Source: Octopus sinensis (Eukaryota). Taken from it: DNA of 64,000 nt. Shown here piece after piece: positions 38,471-52,679 of this stretch (positions are counted from its first letter, which is position 1; the number at the start of each line of letters is the position of its first letter). Position numbers and translations under genes: made by a program. The notes under the pieces were generated by a model. The model ran no database searches. It was given only the letters and a program-made list of their open reading frames with translations, and was not told the DNA's origin. The stretch is from the NCBI RefSeq assembly GCF_006345805.1, contig NW_021832267.1, positions 13,809 to 77,808 on the forward strand. The letters are read 5' to 3'.

Positions 38471-39816
38471 TATATATATATTCTTTATCTGTGGATTAGC
38501 AATAAATAAGTTCATAAGGAAAGAATTTCCATAATTTTCAACCAATACAGTTTTCAATGTTCGCAGTCATCTACAAAACGGGACGATTATCTACAAATGG
38601 AAATTGCCACCAGAAATAAATGCCAATGGACTGTTGCCATTACTATACCTCTATACCTCCCGATGACAGCTCCATAAGTTATTTTCCATTGTTATAGCAT
38701 CAACTGAGGCGACAAATTAACCAAGCCGAGAGTATCTTATAATATTTGTTCTAACTCTTACTGCTCTAAGTTCAAGTCCTGCTGAGGTCGGCTTTGCCAG
38801 TCATGCTTTTGGATTCGATAAATAAATTACCAGCCCAGGGTGGTGTATCGGCAGATTTATAGTTTTGGACGAAATTACTTTTAGTATCTGTTCCCGGTTT
38901 TTGCATTCTGAGTTTAAATTTCGTCCGGAGATTCAAATCTCACCAACTGCTATATCATCATTCCTCATGCGCTGACATGCATTTACAGCAAAGCTGACCA
39001 GTGGCAGACTTCTGCATCGGCACTGTTCTGAATTTGAACAGGTATCCTGTCGTCTCATCACAGTTGTGCCCTGTCCTGAAATGAATGTATTGCTGGTTGT
39101 ATCTGATCTTAAATTTATTCTTCATAATACCCATACTTCTTCTTTCAGTGTTATCAGCGGATTTATACTTGCCCTGTATACATTGTTGTCTATTTTTGAG
39201 TTTTAGGTTTTTCATTTTACCATTAACTTATAGGTATTTTCCACGATCAATATTATTTATTTTTCAAACACCTTTTATTCCAGTTTCTATTTCTTCCTCC
39301 TCGCTATCGGTTACCTCGGTCACTTCTAACTCTAAAAACTGATAATAGGATTTTTGTTTATAGTTTCAGAAGATCCCAAGATCATTGCGTTTATGGCCAG
39401 AACATATTTTCTAAGAATGCTGTCATCTAAAAGCTAACATTCATTTTCTTATTTTCTCACCTACACTTGTTAATTCTTTTAACATCCTCTTAAAGGGTAA
39501 ATAACAGTAATCTAACTCTACTTATTTATTTCAGACATTTATTTCAGTTTTAAGTATTGATTTAATACATTAGTAATATTCCTTCCTAACTTCTTCAAAT
39601 AGTTTATTTGTGAAAGAGGGTAATACTCACTTTCATCCTTTGAATACTAGGTAAAACATTACTTGGGCCTAATTCTATTACTTTCTTTTTATCAAATCTG
39701 TTACTGGCATTACCAAATTTTCCTTTTTTCTGAAAGTCTTTGCATAGTTTTCTAAAACTTCATTTTTACTGCTCCACTGATTCCTTAAAATAAACTCTAC
39801 AGGATGTTCAGTTTCA

Positions 39817-39847
39817 TTATTATTATTATTATTATTTATTATTATTA

Positions 39848-39914
<67 letters not shown>

Positions 39915-39938
39915 TATTATTATTACTATTACTATTAC

Positions 39939-40019
<81 letters not shown>

Positions 40020-40050
40020 TATTATTATTATTATTACTATTATTATTATT
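39817..40050. repeat. (TTA)n/(TCA)n array
   Basis: Directly visible. Confidence 0.95.
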
Positions 40051-40612
40051 AGTGAGTGAGTGAATGAGTGAGTGAGTGAGTGAGTGAGTGAGTGAGTGAG
40101 TGAGTGAGTGAGTGAGTAGGCATGCCTTCAAAGTGACACTAGGGTGAGATATACGAAGCCCAGTAAACCCGTCTGATAAGAGTACACTAGACACATGCAT
40201 CACAACCATGTGTGCATGACATGGTGATCTGTCATCAAGATAAACAGCACATGACCTTGCAGGTGGGGCCTTGCTAGAATTTTCTTCAAATTGAGTAGCC
40301 TATCCCGCTCAAACGGTCCTTGAATAAGAGTTGTTTGAGGATGTTGAATGAAACATGCCACATTCCGGAAGTGAATTATCCAAACCCCAAAGAATTCCTC
40401 TCAACACATGGCCATGATGCTCCCCCACTACTTCTGCTTATGATCAGAGATTCACATACCATCAGCCACTAAGGGACATTCTTAACTGGTTATGGTCAAG
40501 CAACTGACAAGCAAATCTGTGGTATTGAACAGAATATAAAATATTTGCTGTAGCCCATCTTTTATACCAAGACAAAACAATGTACACGGTAACACATCCA
40601 GTCGGTTAATTA
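40051..40612 (-). mobile_element. Family C copy 4 with expanded (CTCA)n at its 3' end
   Basis: Reverse complement of family C; (TTA)n on both sides of the + strand. Confidence 0.85.
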
Positions 40613-40615
40613 TTA

Positions 40616-40671
<56 letters not shown>

Positions 40672-40672
<1 letters not shown>

Positions 40673-41620
40673 GATCATTGCCTTTGCACAGCTTCTAACG
40701 CTGGAGATGTACTACGGTGTCAGCTGTTCACTGCCAGTGAACTAAGGTAACACCTCTTAGTTTTCGAGCACCTCCCGTTGTATTCAAGCAGTTCCAAGCA
40801 GTGCTGTTTTCTGCAAGTGCTCCACCTTTATTGCAGCCCCTATTTGTACTATGTGCTTCTCCAGATTTTCGCTCACTGTTCTCAGGGCTCCGATAATTAT
40901 TGGTACCACTACCACATTTTTCATCGACCACAACTGCTTTACCTCCCAAGATAACCCGTCATACCTATCGACTTTTCTTTCTTCCTTATCACATATATTG
41001 TTGTCAGCTGGACATGCTATATGTATGATCCAGCATAGTTAACTTTCTTTCTCAATTAAGACTATGTCCGGTTTCCTATTTTCTTTCTCATGGTCGCACT
41101 GAATCATAAAATCCTACAGGATCTTTGCATTATCATTTTCGACGATGCCTTCAGGTTTGTGGTCGTACCAATTTTTTTCTCTGTCAAGACCATACTTGTT
41201 GCAAAGCGTCCAATGGACAAGCCTTGCTATATTGTAATTGCTTGTCTTATATTCTATCTGGGCTAGTGGCGTACATTGACTGGTAATATGCCATACGGTT
41301 TAACCATTTTGTCCGCAGATTCTGCACTAATCACTTTCTGGTGTGTTGTCTATTCTGTATTTTATGTAGTTTGTTCTTAGTGCTTGCTCTTGGGCAGCAC
41401 AGATTACAGCCTCCGTTTCCTGTTTTAAATCACTTTTAGTCATCTCCAGCCATCTTTTTTCTCTGTCTGTCTTATCTTCATCATCGCTATGAAATTATCC
41501 AAGCATTCTGTTCTTTTACCCACGTATTTTCAGTTTCATTCGCTTTCAATTTCTTGTATAGTGTTTTATCCTTGCAATCTTTCATCCTACGCAAGCCTGA
41601 CCTTCGTACTTCTAATAACA
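40672..41620 (-). mobile_element. Third R4/Dong-like family fragment, with stops and frameshifts
   Basis: Manual minus-strand translation: DLKQETEAVICAAQEQALRTN, CRICGQ..TVWHITSQC, LVHWTLCNKYGL, RKPDIVLIEK, IACPAD, VVVVPIIIGAL, LQKTALLGTA; 3' end abuts a TAA array. Confidence 0.85.
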
Positions 41621-41677
41621 GTGGCTCTTCTTCCTATTAATATTAAAGGGTTTTTATTATTACTCTAGTATCTCCGA

Positions 41678-41892
41678 AGGCAGTAAACTAGCAGAATCGT
41701 TAGCACGTCGGGCGCAATGCTTAGCGGCATTTCGTCCGTCTTCATATTCTGGGTCCAATTTCCATTTCGACTTTGCGCTTCATCCCTTCAGATTTGATAA
41801 AATTAGTACTGTTTGAACATTGGCGCCGATGTAATCGACTATCCCCCATCTCAAAATGTCAGACTCTGTGCCTATAGTAGAAAGGATTATTA
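41678..41892 (+). mobile_element. SINE family A (tail type 3)
   Basis: ctagcagaatcgttagcacgtcgggcg...cgactttgcgcttcatcc...ctgtgcctatagtagaaaggattatta. Confidence 0.8.
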
Positions 41893-42950
41893 TAATACCT
41901 TCTGCATTTGGTCCTAACTTCCGACTCAGACCCCGTAACACCGTATGTTGGAGTGGAATGCGATTCGATGCTGTTTAATGCGATTTATAGTACATACTGG
42001 GTAGGAGCATCAGAAATGTTCAGGGAGAAAAATTCGTTATTTCAATCGATTTAGTTGGGTATTCAATGTTCGGCCGATGTTGTAGTTGTAGCCATCACAT
42101 CTTCAGTCAGGACTATGGCAAGTTGTACACAGATTTTAGGACTTAAAAGATATAGGACTTAAAACACTTAGGGACATATGACTCCTGTGTAGAGATTCTT
42201 TCGACGATTCCAGGCACAGATATCATATGCATTTATCTTTGTTCCTGGTTTCATTCTGTATCGCTTGCACTCAAACCTATTGAAAGCTATAGAATCCTTT
42301 TGAATACCTGCGGGGATGTTGTTTGCAAGGATCATTATCCTACTTCCCAGCGCTATAAAGATAAATAAAATAATCAACCAGAGTATTTTTGTTTATATTA
42401 GGCATGTGTTGTATATTTTCTTCAAATATGACAGCAATTTTGTATAAGCTGATTTTAACTCTAAATATTTCAATTGCCTTGTTGAAACAATCTATAAGCC
42501 GTGGAATTTCAGATTTCGTGTGCTTGATTACCGTAGAGACTTTTCTTACTCTCTTGCGATTATTGTAGATAATCTGGTATTAGAGTGAAATCTCTTGGCG
42601 GTAAACCATTTTTTCGCTGTAATTTATATAAATAACATTAAAAGAGTATGTTTCTACAATGTATGAAGAAATAAACCAAAAAATAAATTAAATATTATAT
42701 GTGTGTGTGTGTCTATGTTTGAATATATCCATGTATGTATGTATGATGTATGTATGTATTTATGAATGTGTGTATATGTGTGTATGCAGACAGACATACG
42801 CATGCATATATACACTCACACATACACATTTATATTCAAGTTGTGAGGATTAATAGTAGCAGGTGAAATATCCCAATTAAGTTAATGGTAAATTTTTCCA
42901 AACATGGAAAGTCTAAGTGCAGTTAAAGACAGCGTGAGGACGATAGAAAG

Positions 42951-42991
<41 letters not shown>

Positions 42992-42999
42992 GGGGAGAC

Positions 43000-43500
43000 A
43001 GACAGACAAACAGACGGATAGGGGCTCAGTGTTATTGACATCAAAGTGTTTTATGTGAAAAAGATTACATACATGACAGTGATCCATTGTATAAATGCTC
43101 TACCATAAATAAAACAATAATGGCTGAAACCAAATTATCAAATTATAAAGCAAATATATAACTGGAGAACCTCATTGTTAAAAGAACGCTCTTAATGGAA
43201 GCAGTAAGACAATTTATAATTTAGTAAGGATAGAGTGAAACTTGTCAACACAATTCTTGACTGGAGTAGTTTTTATATTCAATGTTATAGTTAAAACTGC
43301 TTCAAACAGAAGATAATAACAACATAAAATACCACCATATTATAATGGTCAAGAATTGAGTACTACAATTGATCAATCGTATTTAAATGGTGCACCACAA
43401 CGAGACCCAGGTACACCGCAGATTTTTATATATTTTGTATTATGACTTCAGAAAATCCATATTTTAATTGAGCATCTTCAAAAACATATTATTCATAATT
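43000..43500 (+). mobile_element. Possible very old LINE RT remnant
   Basis: Only NGAPQRDPGTPQIFIYF (cf. SGVPQGSVLGPLLF) is recognisable. Confidence 0.3.
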
Positions 43501-45634
43501 TTTTTTATGCAGAAGTATGATTAACTGTCTCTGATCGAGGCTCAAGTCCGGCAGCTTTGAGTGAAGGAGTTTAGTGAGTTACACCGAAGACGGTTCTTGA
43601 TTTGTTCTTGATTTTATCGACTTCGAAAGGATAAAAGCCATAACTATTCTCGGAGGGATTTCACGTCAGAAAGGAAAGCCTCTGCTTTCCTTTCTGCAAC
43701 ATATTTTTCTGCCAGTTAGCTGCCTACTACACATAAGTTTGTTTAATGGAGCAACTTAAGCAGGAGTGTTCGTTTTTTTCTTTTTCATTTTCTTCATCTT
43801 TAGCTTTACAACATAGTTTTCTTCAAATTGCTAAGCAAGTTGCACTGATACGTATCTTTTGTTTTAATTTTTGTTTGACTTCCAATCGAAATAAACACCA
43901 TAGAGTCAAACGCATGCACTGACGAAAGTGGTGGGGCCTCGGCGGCGACGATGGTGGTGATGGTGGTGTGGTGGTGGTGGTGGTGGTGGTGGTGGTGGTG
44001 GTGTGGTGGTGGTGGGAGAGGTGATCTACGTCGGAAACCTCAATATAGTAAACGTTCGTCAGCTTATAGAAGTGCACATGCTTCCTTTGAGGAGAAAAAA
44101 AAAACAAAATGCCGTCTCTCCGAAGCGAAAGGTGCGCCTCAAAATTTCACAATATTCTACTCTCACAGTATATAAACTTATCCAAATATATCATGTTCAC
44201 CATCATTACCAAAAGTTTTCTCGAATGAAAAAGAAAAACGTATTGAAGTCTATATGGCAAACGTTAATTACAAAAGAGAGGACCTGTTCCTCTTGTATGT
44301 TAATCTCAAACGTTAAACCGTAGCTTCACCGAATGAAACAACGCTACTGTTCTACAATGATCCTTGTTCTACTGACTTCCCTTGCTGCCACCAGTCCCAG
44401 ATTCTAGATCAACCAGCATGTTTTTCCTTTTTTCTCTTAATACACCGTTTCTTTTGCTTCCAATTGTATGTCTCTTACAATATGCTTTCTTTTTGTAATG
44501 TTATAGTTTGTAGATATGTGCACATTTTCCCACTAATATACATGTATATATGTATGTTTGCACACATAAATGTGTGTGTACGAGTGTATATATCGGAGCA
44601 GACATTAAAAAAAATTTTAAGTTACATGCAAAAATATATATGTATATATGTGCGTGTGTGTGTGTGTAAACTTGAATAGATATAAATATATACATATATG
44701 TGTGTGTGTGTGCGCGCACACGTGTGTATACATCACACGCGCACACATGTGTTGTTCTATATATGTATATATATGTGTGTGTGTGTCTATGATTGTGTTT
44801 GTGTGAGCTTGTGTGTTTGTGCAAAGGGTGTATTGTTTGTATTTTACTATGCATGATATACACGACATGCCAACAAAATAGATATGTAATTAACACAGGG
44901 CTCTTCCAGTTTCACAGCCTCTGGCAAGTGTTGCTAGCCGGCTGGTACAGCTCCTTCACCCTTCACTCCTTAGCTCCTTCACCCCTCACTATTTCCCTTT
45001 CACTCTCTCTCTCTATTTCTCCCTCTCCCCCTCTCTCTCTTCTATCTCTTAAATGATGTGACCGAGATGATATGCAGGTCCTTAGACAACTGCACTTCTC
45101 TCTGTCTTTCTCTCTCTCCCCTGGCTATCTTCCCCCTCTTACTGTCTCTTACTACTACTCCTCTCTCTCTCAATGACTTGATATAACTGTCTCCTCTTCC
45201 TTTCCCTCTCTCTTCTCACCTTCACTCCTGTCTCCTTTGAGAAATGACGGCGTAAGGAAGACGTGACGTGATTTTGTCACACTATTTCTAATTGTCAAAT
45301 GATGACGTACAGCTGATGTGTTGACTGTCTCTCTTTCTCTTTCTCTCCTACCTTGCGCTCTTTCTCTCTCTCTCTCTCTTCTTTCTACACTATTACTCTC
45401 TCTCTCTCTCTCCCTTCACTCTTTAACTTTCTCTTTCATGCATTTTCCTATATCTTTCTTACACTTCTTTCTTCCAAATCTATCTCCCACTCTTACACAC
45501 GCTCTTCCTTATCTCTCTCCTTCACATACTTTCCCTCTTTGCATTCATTGCACTCCTCTTTTTCTGTCTCTCTTACTCCCACTTTTCTATACACACGCAC
45601 ACGCACGCACACACACACGCACACACATACACGT

Positions 45635-45672
<38 letters not shown>

Positions 45673-45740
45673 GTTAAACTAGACTATATATATCACTGTC
45701 TGTATTTCTCTTTATCGCTTATATTCGCTTTCTCCCCCTT

Positions 45741-45771
<31 letters not shown>

Positions 45772-46429
45772 ATATATTATATATATATAGTGTGTGTGTG
45801 TGTGTGTGTGTGTGTATGTATATCTATACACATACACACACATACACTCGCACACACGCACGCACAACACACCACACACACACACACACCACACACACAC
45901 ACACACACCCCATATCTATGCATATATCAATTTGTCAAAAGGTGAGCTGAAGTAAGTTGCCGCGCATCTCCAAACGTAGCTCCCTCTCAGCCTCTCACTC
46001 ACTTTCACACCTTACGTCGTTTTACAAATGGTGATTGAGCTCGTATTGTAAATTCTGTTAGTCTTTCACTCACACTCAAATAGTTACACTCACTTCCAGT
46101 CAGAAGTGTGATTGTGGATATGGACGTGTTACAGTGGCCCTTACTCAACACTTCCTCTCACACTCCCTATCCATTCATTCACTTAGTTTCGTCACAAAAA
46201 TGGAGTGGACGCAAACATTGCCATTCTACCATCTCTCTCTCCACTCTCTCTCTCTCTTTCCTCTCTCTCTCTCTCCTCTCTCTCTCTTTCCTCTCTCTCT
46301 CTCTCTCTTCCTCTTTCTATCTCTTATCCTCTATCTATCTCTCCCTCTAGCTCTTTCTCCCTTTTTTCAATCTCAAATATCAACCATAGAATGAACAACG
46401 GAGCAGTGGGATAAAATGTTGATCCTTAA

Positions 46430-46612
46430 GCAACGCCGTGAGCCCGTATATGGTTTTACAACCTGCAAGAAATAGCAGTCAGATCTCTGTCGGCACACAG
46501 ACCTCACCTTCTTAGCAAAAGAACGTATTGTTTAATGTGGTCCCACGTTTCCTGTTCGTTAAAACAGAGATGGGATGGTCCCGAGTGGAATGCCTTTGAG
46601 GACAGTTTTGTT
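46430..46612 (+). mobile_element. Family E repeat fragment
   Basis: acctgcaagaaatagcag...gatgggatggtcccgagtggaatgcctttg, as in the 24-26 kb copies. Confidence 0.5.
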
Positions 46613-48214
46613 AGAGCAGATTACTGTGACTATTTCTCTTGAAAACACGTTTGTAAACAGGGGACTCTGTGCAACCGTGTCTCTCCTTCTCTCTGTCGCC
46701 CTGACTCCGTCCATCTCTCTCTCTCTCACTCACTGTCTCTTCTTTCTCTGTATGTCTATCTGACTCCTTGTCTATTTTCCTCTCTCCTCTCTCTTCTCTC
46801 TCCCTTCCTCCTTTTCCTTCTCTTTCTTTTACTCTGACATCTATCAAAAGATGGTCAGGAAGAAGTGATAGCCGCTGGTCCTTACACAACACCATTCTCC
46901 CATTCTCACATTCCCTTTGCACTGTCTGCTCTCGCAAATGGTGTTGTGCGGAGAAACGCACACCTTACAACGCACATGTAGACACACACACACACATACA
47001 CACACACACGATCTCACAAAGTAATTTCAACGCGAACACAGACTAGACGGCTTCTCTCTCTCTCTTTCCCATCACTCTTCCCCCTCTCTTTCTCTCTCCC
47101 TCTCTATCTCTTTCTCTTCTCACCGTTTGCCCTGCAACCACTTCTAAATGGACATAGCAGTGGAGTGGTGTGAATTCTTGTGTCCATAAAGTAGGACAAA
47201 CAAACAACAATGGACTGAGCTGGTCTGGGAAGCATTGGGTTGTTTCTAGAGAGTTGCGAATCGTGGGAATAAACAGCGAACTTAGACGGAGAGTGAGATG
47301 GGGGTGAGGCAATGCCACACCCAAGGACTTTGTTCAGCTGTCAAATGTTATTCAATTTAAGCAGCTGCTGGCAAATGTTTGGACACATTTAGAGATGAAC
47401 ATTTTTTTATCAGTGTAATGTAGTAAAGTACAGTGTGTGTGTATGTGCATGTTTACTGAGTTTGTGTGCGTTTGTGTTCTTGTGCATGTGTGTTATGGTA
47501 CGTATGTGTCCCCGTGTGCTCTAGTATGAGTTTGTGTGTGTGTTCGTGTGTATATGCATGAGTGTGTCTTTTGTGTTTGCATATCAGTTTGAAATTGTAT
47601 TCGTGGATGTATGTGCGTTTTGCTTGCGTTTGTACGTTTGCATGTGCCTGTATATGTGTATGTGCGGGCATGCATGCATGCGTGCGTGTGTGCATGTGTG
47701 TGTCTGTATGTGTGTGTGTGTGTGTGTCTGTGTGCATGTGTGTGTATTTTGGAAATCTCACGTGTTTGTGTTTGCAGGAATTGCTGTGAATGTCTTTGCA
47801 AGTTTTGTAAGTGTTTGTGTTTGTCTGAATGTGATTGCGCGTTTTTGTGTATATATATGTGCACGTGAGTATATCTGAGTGTTCGTGTATACACATTTGT
47901 GTCTGTACACACACGTCTGTGTGTATGTATCTGTGTGCTTATTGGAGTTTTATGTTAGTGTACTTCAACACAACAATGATTGATTTATCGCCAAATGTAA
48001 GGGATCGTTGTGAGTTCAACTCCAAGGTGTGTGGTAAGATACAATGGATTGCAGGACCTTCGTTCTGCAAATTGTGTAAGTTTGTGTGTGGGTATGTCTA
48101 AGCACTTGTGTACGCATATTTGTGCCTGCGGAGGTACATTAGTGTGTGTGTGTGTGTCTGAACGAAGAAACTAGTAACAGCTAAAAGCAATATTTACAAA
48201 AATTACTAGAAAAT

Positions 48215-48278
<64 letters not shown>

Positions 48279-48367
48279 ATAATATGTGTGTGGGTGTGTG
48301 TGTGGTGTGTGAGTATGTATTTATGTATGTATGTATATATGTATGTACGTATGTATGTATGTGTTTG

Positions 48368-48412
<45 letters not shown>

Positions 48413-48797
48413 TATATACATATATATATATTTATATATTATATGTATGTATATATATATAATATATAGATGTATAATACATATAATATATATATACATA
48501 TATATATATATATATGTATATATATACATATATGTTGTTGTGTGTGTGTGTGGAGTGATTTTTCTCTCCATTTCTTCTTGGTAAACTTTGTAGCCCTGCT
48601 TCCACTTCTTTTTCTTTTTTCTGTGTGTTTTTTTTGTGTGTCTCTTTGATCATTTCTGTCGTGTTGTCATCTGAGATCAATGTTTCAGTGTAGTTTCTTT
48701 CTGTTTTGCAAATTGTCGTTTCCTTGTGTATTGAGAAAAGTATTTCCTTTCTTCCTATTTCTTTATTACATCTAGTAGTCGTCCATTTTTTGTTTTC

Positions 48798-48829
<32 letters not shown>

Positions 48830-48911
48830 CTTCTTCTTCTTCTTCTTTCTCTTCTTCTTCATCTTCTTCTTCTTCTTCTTCTTCTTCTTCTTCTTCTTCT
48901 TCTTCTTCTTC

Positions 48912-48945
<34 letters not shown>

Positions 48946-49060
48946 TTATTATTGCTGCTGCTGCTGCTGCTACTACTACTACTACTACTACATCTAGTAG
49001 TAGTAGTAGTAGTAGTTTTGAGTGAGAAAGTAGCACGCACCATCAAATTGACGCTGGGTT

Positions 49061-49106
<46 letters not shown>

Positions 49107-49109
49107 AGC

Positions 49110-49467
49110 CTGATATACCCGTCTGATAAGAATGCATCAGAATGCCTCACAACTGCATGTGTGCGACATGGTGACCTACATGAAGATAAATGAGACATGA
49201 CCTTGCAAGTGGCACATCCCGTTCAAAAGTTCCCTGAATGAGGCTTGTTTAAGGATGATGAACAAAAAAAACTAATACTTTCAAGGGTGAATCTTTCAAA
49301 CCCCAAACAATCCCTCTCCTTGCATGTCTATGATGGGCCCCCGCTATTCCTGCTCGTGATTAGAGATGCACATATCGTCAGCCCCTAAAGGACATGCTCA
49401 AATGGTTAAGGCCAAGCAACCGACAAGCAAGTCTGTGGTATTGAGCAGAATATTTGCTGTAGCTCGT
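49110..49467 (-). mobile_element. Family C copy 5 (degraded, truncated)
   Basis: acccgtctgataag...catatcgtcagcccctaaaggacatgctcaa...gagcagaatatttgctgtag. Confidence 0.8.
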
Positions 49468-50559
49468 AACTATTGGTGCTGTTGTTTATTTTCGTTATCC
49501 TCCTCCTCCTCCTCCTCCTCATCATCATCATCATCATCATCATCATCGGAATTGGAAGAAAATGATCTCATTACTAGTCTCTAACGAATCCCTGATTTTA
49601 AAAAGTCGTCGTCAATGCTTGGAAGCACATTTATCTTTGGAATACATGAATATATCACGTTGATTCAGAAAAGAAGAGATATCTTCTTGATGTTCCCGCC
49701 TAAGGTTGATTGGCATCAAAATATATAACGATATGTTAACTGGTAGCATCCATTCATAAACAATTGCCATGAGCAACACAGATTTTAAATCTATTGGTCA
49801 AAATATTCTAAGCTGCTGGAAACATCCCAAAAACCGCTTCATGGAATCGCTATAAAATACTATCTTTAAACTCACCACTTCACTTTATATCTTCGGTGAT
49901 TTAATTTATATCAATGCAGCATGAGAATTATTCCAGACATGAAATGGTTAGAACGAACATAAAAGTCATCAATGAGTGTGTTACATAACGATTTGATGGT
50001 CTTCCTATGTTTAAGCTACATACATTTAACACACCGGAATGGAACGAGTCTTCTTCTGTTCTACGATACGGAGGAAAGGTTAAGGGGACACATATAAAAA
50101 CTCTAACCTGAAATTCTATTGACCATAATTCAAAACAAATCGGGGCATGTAAAAGAGAGAGGAAACAAGAAGAAAAAATGGATCGATGAAGGGAACACAG
50201 GGAGAAAGAAAGTTGGTCTAATAGATAAGATAGCAGACTGTAAACTGTTATCTCTTTATTTCTGTTGAGTAACTATATTGCATCTTTGGACGGTCCCGGC
50301 AATATATCAGGTTTCCAATGATAGCTGTTAACGACTTTTTCATAGTGCAATGTAACCGATTCCGAGAGGCCGAGAAAGACAGAGCGGAAAAGACTCCACC
50401 ACAATATTTTACTAATAGTACTTTATCGAATTCAGAAAAATAATTGACAAATTTGATCTCCGTGAGATTTGAACATAAAACACGGACACATTACCGTCAC
50501 GAATCCTAGGACTGATAAGGTCGGTTATAGTTTTAATAGAGTAACAATAACAGAGATCA

Positions 50560-50706
50560 CATTAGCCCTGAACGGGACGCTTGTCCGTCGCAGGGTTACT
50601 CATTTGCAGCTGAACGAACCTGAGCAACGCACCGCCCGGCCCATGAGTCGAAACCACAATCTTGCAGTAATGAGCGCAACGTTTTAACCACTAGACCACT
50701 GGCCAT
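50560..50706 (-). mobile_element. tRNA-derived SINE fragment with a V-domain-like segment
   Basis: Minus strand: A box tggtctagtggttaa, B box ggtttcgactc, then ctgcgacggacaagcgtcccgttcaggg, resembling the V-SINE conserved domain as I recall it. Confidence 0.6.
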
Positions 50707-51371
50707 CACCACAGTATAGAAAGGCCGAATAAATAACGAATCTGCTAATTCCTCGTTCATAAATCACATTTAACTACGATCGACACAGCTAAAATATGCC
50801 AAAGTTGTCAAACCTGTTTGCTAAGTACATACCTATCGTCTCTATACCGTGTTATTTATTTCCAAGTTTAAATTAATTTAGATCCTAGTGATTCAACTCC
50901 TCAAAAATATTTTATGAAAAAAAATTGTGATTTTGAACTCCCTCCTATATCAATATTTGCTTCAGTTATGCATTATTCAACTTTTTTTTATCTCCTCCAT
51001 TCAGGCTCATAGTTCCGATTAGTTAAAGTTATCACGTTCTCTGTTTTAATTCAATTGCTCTGTTCTTCATACTTACAATAAGCTTCTTGTAGTCCATTAC
51101 TTTCTGTTGACGGTAATGGAGTAATAAAGAAGAAACGATTTCAATAGTAAAGGGATAAGTCAAATAAAAGACCATCTACGCGGGGCTAGACCTGCCAGAA
51201 ATAAGAGCTAAATATCCTTCATGTCACATCTAACACATAGGAAGGCGGAGGACGAGGAGGAGGAGCAGCAGTAGTTCACCATATTATATCGTCGATTAAT
51301 TTTGAAGAACAAAAGAAAACAAAACTGTTGACTGGAATAGAAATATTTCAGCCGAACTAACAGAAACGCAA

Positions 51372-51884
51372 TACCAGGCTCTGGGTCTCATGGCTTCTGA
51401 TCTTGAGTAATTGGAAGTGTTATACTGTACATTTTTTTCTCTTGGTATAAAAGATGGGCTACAGCAAATATTCTCCTCAATACCACAGATTTCCTTGTCA
51501 GTTGCTTGACCTTAACCATTGGTGGTTGACCATGTGCGCATCTCTGATCATGAGAAATAGTGGGGGTGCATCATAGCTGTGTGTTGAGTGGAATTCTTTC
51601 GGGTTTAAATAATTCATCTCCAGAAATATGACTGTTTCGTTCAACATCCTTAAACAGCCCTTATTCAGGGACCGTTTGAACGGGATGGGCTACTCAACCG
51701 GAAGAAAATTCTAAATGGACCCCACCTCAAGGCTATGCACAGTTTATCTTGATACGAGATCACTATGTCACGCGCATGTGGTTATAATGCATGAGTCTAC
51801 TGTACCCTTATCATGATGGACATATCAGATTTCGTATATTTGTACTCCAGTATCACCTTGATTACATGCCTACTCTCTCGCTCA
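51372..51884 (+). mobile_element. Family C copy 6 (diverged)
   Basis: taccaggc...ctcatggcttctgatc ... ctctcgctca-ataataat. Confidence 0.8.
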
Positions 51885-51926
51885 ATAATAATGAAAGTTA
51901 TGTATGTGTTATGTATGTGTCAGTGG

Positions 51927-51976
<50 letters not shown>

Positions 51977-52146
51977 CACACACACACCGTACATACGAAA
52001 AAATGTATGCGTATGTATTTATGTATGTACGTGTATATGTAAGATGTGTGAAAGACAGTGAGTGCCACTTACACATACATGCAAAAATATCCATGGCAAC
52101 AAACATCTTCACTCACCCACTCTCTCTCGCTCGTTCTCGCTCTCTT

Positions 52147-52184
<38 letters not shown>

Positions 52185-52679
52185 AACACACGCACACAAA
52201 CTTCCATTTCATATACACGCACATACATCTTTCACTTTCTCCTCTCTTTCACGTTCTGCTCTCAAATCAAAGCAAATGTCACCTTCTAAAAAGAGTAAAG
52301 AAATAAACAATTTTTACGAAAATTCACGAAAAATCATATGATCCCATGTGACCGAGTTTGACAACTATGCTGTTTGTATCGAAAGAATACCCCCTCCATA
52401 AAAGTCTAAAAGCCGTGCATGTACATATTAGACATTGGAAAGGGTTACAGGCGATGTCATGCACCCTACACGAGCCAAGCTAACTTAATTTCTCTTGCAA
52501 ATGAGAAGGTGGCATTTTTTCACTTTTCCAATATTTAATTACAAGAGAGAATATGTTGCTACTAAACACGTTAAAACTTTACTAACTTGGTCGATCCGTC
52601 ACTGAACCAGAATTTTAATTTCATTTGATACACACGTTGTTATCATTTATATGGAGAAATGCAATAGCAACACAAGGTA

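Noticed and set aside
38965-39070. Minus-strand ctgtgatgagac...gtaaatgcatgtc-agcgc resembling a decayed hammerhead
   Set aside because: Both core halves are disrupted and no convincing stems remain; cannot be supported without a family consensus.
48432-49106. 224-aa ORF with poly-S/I/E
   Set aside because: Built from consecutive trinucleotide and dinucleotide repeats; the unique part has no recognisable motif.
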